Positions 37,021 to 49,470 of a stretch of 64,000 nt of DNA are shown here, in pieces. The stretch's first letter is position 1; each line of letters begins with the position of its first letter. The notes beneath the pieces were generated by a model. It made no database searches, was not told the DNA's origin, and was given only the letters and a program-made list of their open reading frames with translations. Both the position numbers and the translations under genes were made by a program. The DNA comes from Chiloscyllium plagiosum (Eukaryota). The stretch is from contig NC_057751.1 in assembly GCF_004010195.1 (NCBI RefSeq), positions 12,133,508 to 12,197,507 on the forward strand. The letters are read 5' to 3'.

Positions 37021-39481
37021 TCATGGGAACAGTGAAGAAACATGCTTTCACTATGGATATGTGCATAACTTGAACCTCTTTATTAGAGTCCAGGATACAT
37101 CTCACTGTGTAGACTCTACACAGCAGGTTTTGTTCCATAATCAAAATCTCATTTCACAGAGAGATTATTTTAAAATAATTACACACAGAGCACTTCTTTC
37201 CACTTTATCTCCTTTACTGCTTTATGGCTGTTGCTGAGCAATTAGAGCAGAAGTCTAACATTCACATGTTTAAAGCAAACCAAAATATCACATGAATGTT
37301 TTCATATCAGTGGGAACAAATGTATGTGCCATGAAGAAAGGTTAAATACGTCAGTAGCTGGGAAAGACATGCAAGAAAAATGGCATTACACGATGAACAC
37401 AAGATAACAGCTACGTTGATGTGACAATGGACTTATTAACATCATTCAAGTGATTAATGATGCAGTAATGTTGTCTCTTTTGTGTCTCAGGAATTGATAC
37501 CATCACAGCTGAGGGTGTCAGGCTCCAGGACTCCTGATCACCACAGCCAAAAGTGACAGAGGCTCAATCACCTTGTTTTGAAATTTATTCTTCCATGGGA
37601 TGTGGGCTTTGACAACATTTGCAAGGGCAAGGACAACATTTATTGCCCCTCCGATGCATTTAAATGTCAATCACATTGCTGTACATATTCTAAATTTTTC
37701 CACCTGCTAAATTTTCATGCAATTGGTCTCTTGTATCTGGTATTTCCAAAAATGAGACATTGGCTGTTTGGGGACTAGAGCTGTGCAGTTGCCTTCAGGT
37801 GGAGGTGCAGGGCTGTCTTGTCACTGGTCCTCACATGGTGCCGATGTTAAGTTGACAAGTCTCTCAACCCCATGCGAATCCATAATTGTGGCCTGAGCCT
37901 TGCAGTTTGAACTTTGAGCAATGTGTTGAAGAACATATCCTATAAATACAGCCTTATAAAATGGGAGGAACACTAACTGAAGGAATTCGTCCAGGTTTTG
38001 CTGAAACAGGACATCGCCTACCATGCATCATAAGTTTGATATTTTCCCTAAACCTGTAGCTTATAAAATGCGTTTGCCCTTAAAGTTGTTGGAAGTGCAA
38101 GTTGATAACTAGCAACAGGCCATTTGGTATTTTAGTGAATGATGGAATCAACAATCTGAAAGGACTAAAAATGAGCGACAGTACAAATGGAGAGGTTGAT
38201 GAATTAGAGTCATACCCGTAACATTAAGAAGGACAGTAAGATTGGAATAAGAGAGAGACAAGCAAGGATATGGAAATGAGTCGGAAAAAAAACTGCAAGT
38301 GAAAAATGTCTTAGGTCTCTAAAAAGAATTTAATACAGACTGAGGTGAAACAGTTTAAACTGTTCCATGCCTGGCTCAAGAGTTTGATTGACATGGCATG
38401 AGCAACGACCATTCCATTATGTGGGTATCCAGGCTAATATACAACAACTTAAGCGTTCTGCGGTGAGCTGACTAAAGTTTATTGTGCAAATGCAACAAGT
38501 TCTTAAAGATATGCAGTTTGAGGGAGAGCTGGCATTTTCAATGAGGTGAACAGGGAGATGTGCAAATTGTTCAGACAAATGTGGCAATTTGCAATTCATG
38601 AGGCAGATCTCCTTCAACCTAAGTCATTGAACGACTTATAGATTGATAACAGCAAAAAGCCCAAAATAACAAAACTGCGCCAAGATATGTTTCTCAATGA
38701 TTTCATATAGTGAAAACAAATGGTGTAAAATGTGGTCATTTTTACTGCATTAAAATAACTGTTTTCAAAGGCTCGAAATATAACCATGTCCATGTTTGCA
38801 AATTACCAAAACCCCATAAAAAGCATGATATTATTCACTGTGTACAGATAGATGGAAGAAAACTTGAATACCTGGTTATGTGGATAGGACAAAACAATAT
38901 CTCTGATGTAAAATATGGATTAACTCGTGAAAATGAGTTCTCCTGTTCCAATCCTTGAGAATCAATGATCCCTTGCAGAAAAAAAACAAACCCTTAATCT
39001 GCTGCATGGAGAGATGTAAATTTGACAAGGGACCTGCTTTGCAAAAAGGTTATGCTGGAGGTGAGAAACGCTCTATCAATTTTCATTTGGAATCAGACAG
39101 TTGAACACATAGAACAGAAATTCCCAGGGTAAGAAACAATTCTCTTTGAGTGATTTTTTTGTTACCAATTATGCTCGATGTAATTGCTGTTTTAATTTTG
39201 AATAAAATATGTGGGCTTCCATTAATACAGACAGTATTCCTGCAATAATTAAACTACCCCACATTCCTTTGCTTATTTATTTACAATCTCATGGGTTGGA
39301 ACTAGCTGGAGGCAAAGACCTCGCTCATGAATTATGTCTCACCATCAATGTATATAAAAAGACATGTTCATGATATCCGTCAATGGATGACTGCATGACA
39401 CCCAAGGTATAAAGATCTCATCCATCTTAGCAGAGATCATTTGCAGCATGATGTGGAGATGCCAGTGTTGGACTGGGGTAT

Positions 39482-39924
39482 GAAAATGTGTTGCTGGAAA
39501 AGCGCAGCAGGTCAGGTAGCATCCAGGGAACAGGAGAATCGACGTTTCAGGCATAAGCCCTTCTTCAGGAATGAGGAAAGTGTGTCCAGCAGGCTAAGAT
39601 AAAAGGTAGGGAGGAGGGACTTGGGGAGGGGCGTCGGAAATGCTGATGGTCTGGCGATGGAGGAGTCCAAAGACCTGCATATCCTTGGTGGAGTGGGAGG
39701 GGGAGTTGAAGTGTTGAGCCACAGGGTGGTTGGGTTGGTTGGTCCAGGTGTCCCAGAGGTGTTCTCTGAAATGCTCCGCAAGTAGGCGGCCTGTCTCCCC
39801 AAAATAGAGGAGGCCACATCGGGTGCAGAGGATGCAATAGATGATGTGTGTGGAGGTGCAGGTGAATTTGTGGCGGATATGGAAGTATCCCTTGGGGCCT
39901 TGGAGGGAAGTAAGGGGGGAGGTG
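39482..39924 (-). mobile_element. Penelope-like element, GIY-YIG endonuclease fragment plus terminal repeat, 13-bp TSD
   Basis: ORF 39594..39941(-) FTCTSTHIIYCILCTRCGLLYFGETGRLLAEHFREH...PVAQHFNSPSH is a GIY-YIG domain with CxxC. TSD TGGACTGGGGTAT at 39469-39481 and 39925-39937. Confidence 0.92.
39537..39572 (-). ncRNA. Minimal type I hammerhead ribozyme motif in a PLE terminal repeat
   Basis: Minus strand reads attc CTGAAGA a GGGC ttat GCCT GAAA CGTC gatt. It has both core boxes, stem II, the palindromic ACGT and a GUC triplet. Stem I is very short. Confidence 0.7.
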
Positions 39925-39979
39925 TGGACTGGGGTATACAAAGTTAAAAATCACACAATACCAGGCAGAAGAAGCAACA

Positions 39980-40330
39980 GGTGTATTCACAGTGCACGGG
40001 AAAGATTATATCCTGGGATAGATTACTTTTCTGAATTTCCCATTGTTCAATGACTTAGCAATTTAAGGAATGTGATCATTGTGACATGATGAGTGCTGTT
40101 TTCAGTTAATCCAATCTAACTGATCAAATAGTGCACGACAATGGACTGCAGTTCAGTGGTAAACCATTTCAAGACATGTACTAAGTGGAGATTGACCCAT
40201 ACGACATCATCACCCACCACTCATGCTCAACAACCCAGCAAAGCATACAGCTTATTAACAAATACATGACCACTCAATATGGAGCAACAAAACAAGACTT
40301 TTGCATTGCATTGCTGTATTTTTGTGTGAC
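39980..40330 (+). mobile_element. Ty3/Gypsy integrase relic
   Basis: Frameshifted FTVHGKDYILG / DYFSEFPIV / DNGLQFSGKPFQDM / HTTSSP, matching integrase core motifs (DYFSK, SDNGPQF, HxTSSP). Confidence 0.65.
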
Positions 40331-41179
40331 AGCAATGGAGATGGTGAAGAGTGATGAGAGTGAAGATGAATATTTGATCATGATTGTGTGGCAATCACAA
40401 CCACCAGTGGCATGATAACCAAGTTAACAATTAAGTGCAACCAAAAACAAGGTATATCTCTCCAGACAGATAAACACTCACAGGCCAGTCCTAGCTATCA
40501 AAGCGTCATATTGAAGTTTAAAATGTTAGGCATATAATTTCTGTTTTTCCTATCTTCATAATGAGTAAATTGACAACACCTGTCTGGGATAGGTTTTTAA
40601 CATTGGAAACAGGAGGGTGCTGTGTTATGTGTCATTATACTTTTAAGGGGCATACTCTTGACATCTTCACTGCATTACAGCACATGACCTGCAAGGACAA
40701 TGATCTCATACTCCATCTTAACTGAGATCATTTGAAGTATGGCACTCCATGGCTTCTCTTTCATAACCTCCAAGCTTAATGTTGTCCCAGACACATATCC
40801 ATCCCAGGAATATACTGTTTGCTACAATAGCTCAGTTGAATACATGCCTGTTAAATTCTTTGTTCCCACAATATCAACATGTAATTTCTTATGTTGTGGG
40901 AGATGACATAAGCATTGCTGCATAAGAGTCAAAGCACCTTGTTAGAGGCAAACACACACCACCTAACCTATTTTTGATAATGGGGAGACTGAATGGAATG
41001 AAAATAAGTACTCATAAAATAGACACATTATTGTCTCGCATTCATCAGGCCAATTTGCAACAAGTGTCAATACAAAGTGAAACAAACATTTATACTGTGT
41101 GAAAGGAGAGTGCTGATGAGCTGACAAGTGGACTTTCAATGGTATAGATGAAACCATGGATGATGAACCAATTAATGAT

Positions 41180-41374
41180 TGAAATAACTCCATAGAGGCC
41201 GATATCTCATCACCAAGTCACCTTTAGTTCACACGTGGCTCCCTCAGAGCCAGCTCCCTCAGAATGAACAGAATGTCTGACACTTCTGTTTATATCTGAC
41301 AGCCAGGGCTCCCTGATTGGATCCAATCAGAGAACTCATATCCTATGAAGTCTGACCTTGTAACAATCACAACA
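41180..41374 (-). mobile_element. Short solo LTR (family A)
   Basis: TGAAATAAC...CACAACA termini with flanks ATGAT/ATGAC (5-bp TSD, one mismatch). Reverse-complement homolog of 2596-3129. Confidence 0.8.
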
Positions 41375-41479
41375 ATGACAACTGATGGTTTTCTCCAAAA
41401 CATTGTTTACATTTTTAACAAGGCTGGTTAACTTTCCGTGATCAAAGCAGTGCCCTGAGAAATGAGCCAGAGAATGTCA

Positions 41480-42050
41480 ATTATTTTGTTGCATTGAAAC
41501 ATGTGCAGTGTGGGTGCATGTTCTTTCTGTCATCAAAGTATAGGGCCCTTTGTACTAATAAATATTGCTTCCAGAAAAGACAAATGCACCACACAGTAAG
41601 CCCAACTGATGATCCTAAATTGTTTATCAGCATAATTCTCTCCATACTGAGGATCATGCAGCAAATATTGTCCATTTGTGAATTGTATCAAATGTTGGAA
41701 ACTGTCTTGTGCATTTGCAATCATGGGTTGTTTGACCAGTATGTTGTTAATTTTGAACAACTGATAGGAGATTTGTTTGACACATTCAGCAAGTGCTTGG
41801 GATGTGCAACATTAACACAGCATCACACCAGCACTGAAATTCATATTTCAATTACAGAGAGAATGTCTTTTTGCCTTGATAGCAACATCTTGTGTGTGGT
41901 GAACACCACTTGTCTTGCTCCTGCATAGTAGCAATATAAACTGTGGTGAGAAATGATCTAATCAAGCTAACCATTATCCTGCATGATGGAACAAAAATAT
42001 GATTTCTTTGAATACAAACTGAATCTTCATGATGTAAGGTCATGATTTTT
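41480..42050 (-). mobile_element. Old Penelope-like element, GIY-YIG C-terminal relic
   Basis: Minus-strand pieces VVFTTHKMLLSRQKDILS, YEFQCWCDA and GENYADKQFRIISWA..HLSFLEAIFISTKGPIL. Confidence 0.7.
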
Positions 42051-44606
42051 TCCTGAGGTTTTTCCTACTTTATGAACATTGTTCATTTATATTTGTATTC
42101 ACGGAAAACTTCATCCGCGCTGTCAATGGTCAACAAAGTGGACAGATTGGAAAATATGTGAGTGGTGAGCTAAATACAGGAGAAGCACAATCTAAGGTTT
42201 TGGCTCAATCAGAATACTGCACTAGGCAGGAAGCAGGAACCCCATAGCAGAGCTGGAACATGAAAATAGCCACCTCTAGTGAGGAATCTTATCTGCCTTG
42301 CTCCTTGTTCTTGTAGCATTTTCATACTTTAGTGGTTTTCAGTGAAGAACTGAAGTCAGGTGCAAACAACTGGGCCTGCCAAGCAGCACAAGCCTGAGAA
42401 AAATGAATAAAGTTAATTAAGGCCACTTACTTAGTCTGATGCTTGGATCCCTGTAGATGAGCATGGTACTGTTCGATGGAATTCAGGATCACATGACACA
42501 AACTGCAAGTGTAACTCCGCTTCAGTGCTGCAAGAGAAGATGGAAGAATCAAACTGGTGATTAGCTAATTGATCCTGGTTTTAAGGTATGACTTTCATTG
42601 CTTCTGCTGTGCAGTTTTGACACTGGAGCATACATTACAATTTCAGAAGCATATCACAATGATTTTGAAATATACACATTAAGCAAGAAGGAGATTCTCC
42701 CATAGCTTTTCTGATGAAACAGAACGCTCAGGGGAGCATGGTTCAGGAAGTTCTACAGATTACAGTCAAACCCACAATGGTACATCCATTCAAACTAAAA
42801 CAAGTTTGGGATGCACAATTCTGCTTTTATCAGAACTTGACTAGTCTCTTTCTGCCACAGCGTTACAAGAAGCAGAGACTTCTACTTTTACTTTCCTTTT
42901 TCAAAACTAATAAAACTCAGTTTGAAAATTCTGTTTTTGAAGAAAAATGGAAGCACTGTACTTTTACTAACTTGAACCCTCATGTTGAATTCCCTCTGAA
43001 TGCTGGAGTCTCCCTAAAATAAAATCAGAAGTTGGGCTTCAAAAGAGCGTTATCAAATAAATATTCATACTAAGCCACATAAGGTGTTCAAAGCATGTCA
43101 GATTTAATTTTTAGGACAGTGCTTAAGGCTACATCGAGATGCACTTGCCCACTGTGAATTGTAGGGCTTCTGTGAAACTTCTTATCTGCCGAATTAGGTT
43201 GACTTTGGAAGTTTAGAGAAGCATGGGGATTAGGCTGGAGCTTGAAGGTGCAGGTTTCTGACGAAATCAGAAATAGAAGCTCTGGATTGACAAGGTTGGA
43301 AAATACAATGGGAACAAAGAAGCTGTGAAATTGTGAAATGATAATGAACAACTGTTACTTAGTGCTGACAGTAATGGGATGTGACAATCCAGCTGCTACT
43401 TAGAACAGTTTCATTAACACTGAGATGCAAAACATGGCAGACCAATTAATTGGTACATGTAGCTTTTATCTCTGAGGAAATATTACTGGTTTTCTGATGG
43501 TCTACTGGAATTAATATAAGCTGGGGGGATATGAAATTTACGCTATATGTACTCCTGCCTCAAATTTTTGGGATTCAATCCCAAATCTCCACGCATTTCA
43601 TAAGTATTACAAAAACAATGATATTTAACATTTAAAATACCACAATGTGTCAGAACTCGTCGTTTACCCAATGTCTGTAAAACCTCTCTAACCTTATGGC
43701 AGTACCTCTCAAGTGACAACCTACTTGAGATGAACTGAAGATGGGGTTACATTTACAACAACTGAGGTTTATGTAGCGCATTTAACACAGCAAACTTGCT
43801 TAGACACTTATGAGAGTGTTATCAAATAGACCAGATAACAAACCACATAAATATATATTTGGATAGGTGACCAAAAGCTTGTTGAAAAGGTAGATCCTGA
43901 CAGGAAACCTAAGGTAGATATGATAGGGAACGTTGAGGGACAGAATTCCATTTCTTAGGGCCTTGCAGCTGAAGATATAACCACAAACGTAGAAATGATC
44001 TAAATCAGACCCACGAGAGGGCAGAATTGAAGGTAAAACCACAGATTACGACAACAGCACAACAACATCTTGTTTCTTTATTGCAGCTTACAGAAAGTAG
44101 GTGACACTGCTTAATGTTAATGGCTATATTTACATGGGCTACTGACATTGTTGTGGAACTAAAAGGTATAGGTGATATTAAAGCCATTTAATTTTCCTTT
44201 TAATCTGAAGTCAACAGAAGATTAAAGAAAAGTCGTCGAAAACACACAATAATTTCACAAACATGAAAAAAGAGGTCACACAGAGGAACGTGCAGTGGCA
44301 ATTTTTATATCTTTTCTCATGAAAGGGAGAAATCATGAATCTGTTAGCCTGGGACAGCAGTGTTAGCAGATGGCAAAAACTGAACACGTGTGTCAAAATC
44401 ATGAACTCTTAAAAACACTTGGAGTAAATCGGAATAGAGAATATGGATTCAAAAAGGGTAGATGATGCTCAATGACTTGAATGTTTTGACAAATACAAAA
44501 ACTACATAGAACAAGGGATGGACAGATATTACAAGTTTTGAGAAGATTTGTAGCTCAGGTTGAGGTTTTGGATGTAGGTTTCTTCGCTGAGCTGGAAGGA
44601 TCATTT

Positions 44607-44646
44607 CCAGATGTTTCGTCACCCTAATAGGTAACATCTTCAGTGG
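44607..44646 (-). ncRNA. Minimal type I hammerhead ribozyme motif in a PLE terminal repeat
   Basis: Minus strand reads cca CTGAAGA t GTTACC tattag GGTGAC GAAA C ATC tgg. Stem I is 3 bp, stem II is 6 bp, core boxes are intact and the triplet is AUC, probably a CpG-decayed GUC. Confidence 0.7.
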
Positions 44647-44732
44647 GTCTCAGGCGAAGCACTACTGATAATTCCTGTTTTCTGTTTATATGTTTGGGTT
44701 CCTTTGGGTTGGTGATGTCATTTTGTGTGGTG

Positions 44733-45275
44733 AAGTTGGTCCTAGGGAGTGTTGCTGAACAAAGAGACCTTGGAGTGCAGGTCCTCCTTGAAAGAGGAGT
44801 CACAGGTAGATAGGATAGTGAAGAAGGCATTTGGTATGCTTTCCTTTATTGGTCAGAGTATTGAGTACAGGAGTTGGGAGGTCATGTTGCGGCTGTACAG
44901 GACATTGGTTAGGNNNNNNNNNNNNNNNNNNNNNNNNNNNNNNNNNNNNNNNNNNNNNNNNNNNNNNNNNNNNNNNNNNNNNNNNNNNNNNNNNNNNNNN
45001 NNNNNNNNNNNNNNNNNNNNNNNNNNNNNNNNNNNNNNNNNNNNNNNNNNNNNNNNNNNNNNNNATGGAATGAGCTGCCAGAGGAAGTGGTGGAGGCTGG
45101 TACAATTGCAACATTTAAGAGGCACTTCGATCAGTATATGGATAGGAGGGGTTTGGAGGGATATGGGCCCGGTGCTGGCAGATCGGACTAGTTTGGGTTG
45201 GGATATCTGGTCGGCATGGATGAGTTGGACCGAAGGGTCTGTTTCCATGCTGTACATTTCTATGACTCTATGACT
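44733..45275 (+). mobile_element. CR1-type LINE (HER1-like) 3' fragment spanning the assembly gap
   Basis: ORF 44749.. QVDRIVKKAFGMLSFIGQSIEYRSWEVMLRLYRTLVR, and tail ctatgactctatgact. Confidence 0.9.
44914..45064. other. Assembly gap (run of N)
   Basis: Continuous N characters. Confidence 1.
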
Positions 45276-45519
45276 CCAAGTGACTTCCTGTTCCTTTTCT
45301 CAGGGGGTGGCAGATGGGTCTAACTCGATGTGTTTGTTGATAGAGTTCTGGTTGTAATGCCATGCTTCTAGAATTCTTGTATGTGTCTTTGTTTGGCTTG
45401 TCCTAGGATGCATGTATTGTCCTAGTCGAAGTGGTGTACTTCCTCATCCGTATGTAAGGATGGGCAGATGTATATATGGCTTATTCGGCAGACGTTAAAA
45501 GTACCACCTTGCATGGAAT

Positions 45520-45625
45520 CTATTAGATTGATAGATTAGCTAAATAGATTAGATGGATAGATGAGATAGATTGCTTGGATAAATAGACAGACAGATATAC
45601 AGATAGATAACAGGAGACAGAGATT
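45520..45625 (+). repeat. Degenerate (GATA/GACA)n microsatellite
   Basis: tagattgatagattag...atagacagacagatatacagatagata. Confidence 0.75.
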
Positions 45626-45849
45626 AAAGGCAAATTATAGGCTTAAGATTTCTGAGATGTGTTTTGGTGTCCCCTAAGGTCTACTCTTGAATCTATTTTG
45701 TGTTTTCATTTATAGCAAGGATTTAGAAATAAAGCATGGTGTCAAATTAGATTGGAAAAAAGGAACCAGATTTACTTCAATGTCTTTTATGGCATTAGGA
45801 TGTGCTGAAGAATTTAAGTCAATTAAGTTACATTTGAATTTGAAGGGTG

Positions 45850-46130
45850 GGCATTCATAATGTTCCAGGAACAGACAAAGAAAATGCTTCAGAGACACTC
45901 TGAAGCCTCCCCTGAAGTGCAGCAGCATTGGCCTTAATGAGTGGGAGGAACTCACAACCAATCATTCAGAATGGTGATAACTTGCCCGTTAAGTTTCATC
46001 CTACTTGAAGTCCCAATGTTTTCATGATTAGGCAGATTAGTAGTACGGACGTTAAAAACAAAAGAAATGAAATTGGGATCCAACTACTTTGTGGGAGGTT
46101 CTGGCCCATGTGCCCAAATGATGTACAGGT
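45850..46130 (+). mobile_element. RTE-type LINE C-terminal fragment
   Basis: RQRKCFRDTLKPPLKCSSIGLNEWEELTTNHSEW resembles the RTE 'GRxxKRYKDxLKxxLK...WExLAxDRxxW' terminus. Confidence 0.6.
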
Positions 46131-48014
46131 TGACAATTGGCCTTTCTGGTCATATGAAGATTCATTGCAGAAATTTGTAACCTTCAGTCGACAATAGCCT
46201 TGAATTTAAGGATAGCTACCATCATCAAGTCTTAGAATCTATGGATTTGATTATGACACACTGTAAGTTTCTAAAATAGTAATGACACAAATGATCAAGC
46301 TGTTTTGATTTTGTTGGTTAAAGGCTTAATGTCAAAGTTAACTGAGAGAACAGTTGAGTTCTAAAGATCAAAATGACCTCAAACCACCAACAGTTGGTGC
46401 TTTCACAAATGCTGCCTAACCTTCTCACTATTTCCATCATTTTCTATTTTTATTTTGGATTTCCAAAATCCACAGTATTTTGCTTTTAATTATCAGCAGC
46501 TGTTAGCCAATGCTTCGAACTGTGAAGTCCCACTCAGGCATTTCCTTTCTTCCTGGTGGTGGAATTATAAATATTTACACACTTGTTGTTTTTCACTGTG
46601 TCCGACATCTGCACACACATGACATGGAAAAAAAAACGGGAGTAAAAAAACCTGTGAAGTGTAAGTTTTTTTGGGAAAATAAATGCATAGTAAATGGCTA
46701 CATTTTTCAGATTGGACCATGACGGAGATATAAAATTAAAGATATGTATTTATTTCAAGATAGAAGGATAGAGAGAAAGCTGCAAATGGGCTACATGGGG
46801 CAGTTGAATGTAAAAGCAAAAGTGTTTGATGAATTTGTACCTAACACTGGTGTGGCTACTTTTGCAGCATTATTTAGGGTTGTCTTCTTGTATTGATTCC
46901 AGAGAAGACAAACAGGCCATCTTTTAACAGTTATGTGACATCACAAAATGTGACACTCTAAGTGTCCTCACTATTAATCACTCATGATCAATGCAATAAA
47001 GTCAGTATTGTGCATTCAGTCAGTTGGGTCCAAGTAATATCACACTAATAATCATTAAGCACAGAATTCAGGCCAAGTGTAAGTCTAGGATATCACAACC
47101 ATGTAAATAGCATTGTTTGAAAACTTCAAGAGATCTGCCCCATCAGGAACCTAGACTTTGAGAGAAATGCTACATTAGCTAAGAAACTGGGAAGCACTGA
47201 AATTATATCATATTGGTAGGGGTATTTCGTAAAGAGAAACACATCATTTAGAGATCTGGGCATTCAACTGAGACTGCAAAATTGGTTAAATTGTAAATGA
47301 AGAATCTCACAGTTGTGAATGATTTTGAGGGTGTTAACAATAAAGCTTCTATCCAGAGGTCACTGAATAAGTTCCCAGACTCAAGCTAAGGTAGAAGTCA
47401 ATATTTTCACAGACAGCATTGTAACAGTGTGAGATGACTTAACATGAAGATGATTTAAATATAAAGTAGGTTCCGTGTTTTTTTTTGAAAATCAAAGGTC
47501 AAGAATAAATAACAAATGAATTGTTTCCAGCCGAATACAATTTGCACATTTCTGCTCACAAATTCATCAGCCTGTTTCATCAATTAGCTCTTGATCTCAA
47601 GGAAGATGCAGGTAAATCATTCTCTGCTGCAGTATTCTATGTTTGTGTGGACAAGAGCAGATTTGTCACTGTCAAGAACTACTTGTAACAAGAGATAAAA
47701 TGCTTCTGATTGAAAATTCCCAAGGATTAACCAAAATAAATAATTGTTTTCTATTGATTTGCCATCTCCCTTTATTTTCTGACTTCTCAACGAGTTTGAA
47801 AATACCCAATTAAAGAGTGTAATGGAAATCCAATTAAAAGACTGTAAACTGCATGTAACTGTCACAGAAATCCAAAGTTAATTTGAAAAGGAACTCAGCA
47901 TAATGGCTCTTTACTATTCAATTTTCAAGGTCTTTTCATTGTTACTTTTAACTTTCCTTTCCAATTGGTTCACGCCTTTGAGAGCATAATTGCCTCACAT
48001 CTCTGAGCTGGAGA

Positions 48015-48365
48015 ATAGTGGTCATGTTACTGAACTATTAATTTGAGGTCTGGATTAATGATCTGGAAAATACGTTTAAACCTTACCACACCAGCTGGGC
48101 AATTTAAATTCAGTTCAATAAATTTGGAATAAAAAACTATTATCAGTCATGGTGACCATGAAAGGATCAGATTACTGTAAAGTCCAACTGGATCACTCAT
48201 ATCCTTCAGAGATGGAAATCTGCTGTCCTTACCAAGTCTAGCTAATATGCTATTCCAGACCTAGACTGAAAGGGAACCCTCTAAAGTGGTCTTGCATGCC
48301 ATTCAGTTAAGGGTAATTAACAAGAAGTAATAAGTGCCAGAGATTCCTTTATCTTGTTAATGCAT
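48015..48365 (+). mobile_element. tRNA-derived SINE (family B)
   Basis: Homologous to 15452-15820 and 17530-18080 (ggtgaccatgaa...ctggatcactcatatccttcagagatggaaatctgc). Confidence 0.65.
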
Positions 48366-49470
48366 GAATAATAATTTTTCAAGCAGGAAGGCCTTCAGAC
48401 CTTGCAATCTATTAATCTAAATCAACTTGAGAAAGGATTTGGAAACTGTAAAGACAGATGAGTTATCCTGCTTGCTGCCAGTCTACATGGCTGCAGCTGC
48501 AATGCTGACAAGTTTTTGATATCCACAGATGTTGAGAAAGCTGTATTACTACCAGACTAAAATCAGAAAGGTTTAATGCAGTTTCCCAATTGTTTATTTA
48601 AGCTCTGTTTTTGTTAGTTAATTGTTAATGAGTTAATAGTCAGAAACAAATGCCTTGTTAAGACCTCTGCGATGACTGGCAAGTTCTAATCTGTTAACAT
48701 CAGGATGTAGCTGAGCATGATCGTGACATCTGCCTGTCTCATGTCTGTCTCAAGAGACGATGGATTATGCCAAACATGTCTGTCACTCCTGTATTGAAAG
48801 CGGTCTGGTGGCCTCAGAGGTGAACTGTGGCAGTCTCTTTCAGCTGCAGACATTGATGACCATTGTTGGACAGAGATCAATGGCATTTCTTTTTTCCAGC
48901 AGTTTCTTTTCAATCATTTATTTTGTCCTTAACATTTTCCACGGCCTTCCTGCCTGCTTGTCTTCAGGCACTCTGGTCAACATCACATCCATATTGTCAG
49001 TGGACAAAATGTCACTTTGGCAGGTTTCTGCCCAAAAGTGTCAGGGTGTTGATAAGAATCCTTTGACCTGAAGAGCGTCCCTGACTGCCTTTTCTTTTTG
49101 TGTGAAAGCTCTCATAAGACTCAGGGAATGAAACTATTTTGACACTGGCGAAACTGAACACCAGAGTGGGTCAAGAAAACATGTTGAGACATGAGGGTAC
49201 TGCTCACAATGGAACACTTGGCTGTTGAGGTGGCAGATGTAAACCTTATGAAGCAGTCTGACTATCAATGACATGGCCCTCTCTTGCCTGCAAAGAACTG
49301 AATGGTAGGATCCTATCCTTTATCCCCATCGGGAGTGCAATTCTATCAGCCTTCGATTAATTTTGGCAATGCATCTGGAGTTCTGGCCTCTTTTCTCAGG
49401 AGAAAAGTTTTATCCAGGAAATGCATTGTTCTAATGGCTCACAAAGAGCCTCAATGAACGAATGCTCATC

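Larger units (their letters stand above)
44538..45460 (-). mobile_element. Penelope-like element 3' region (GIY-YIG C-terminus plus terminal repeat), split by a CR1 insertion
   Basis: Minus strand at 45300-45460 reads approximately SLHTDEEVHHFD*DNTCILGQAKQRH..EAWH.NQNSINKHIELDP. The terminal repeat with a hammerhead core lies at 44538-44730. Confidence 0.8.

Noticed and set aside
37821..38055. Minus-strand ORF and acceptor-like site considered as a coding exon
   Set aside because: No recognisable homology, and the frames entered from the acceptor close early.
41494..41928. 144-aa plus-strand ORF
   Set aside because: It is antisense to a decayed Penelope GIY-YIG region.
44749..45273. ORFs spanning the N run
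   Set aside because: These are artefacts of the assembly gap inside a CR1 copy.
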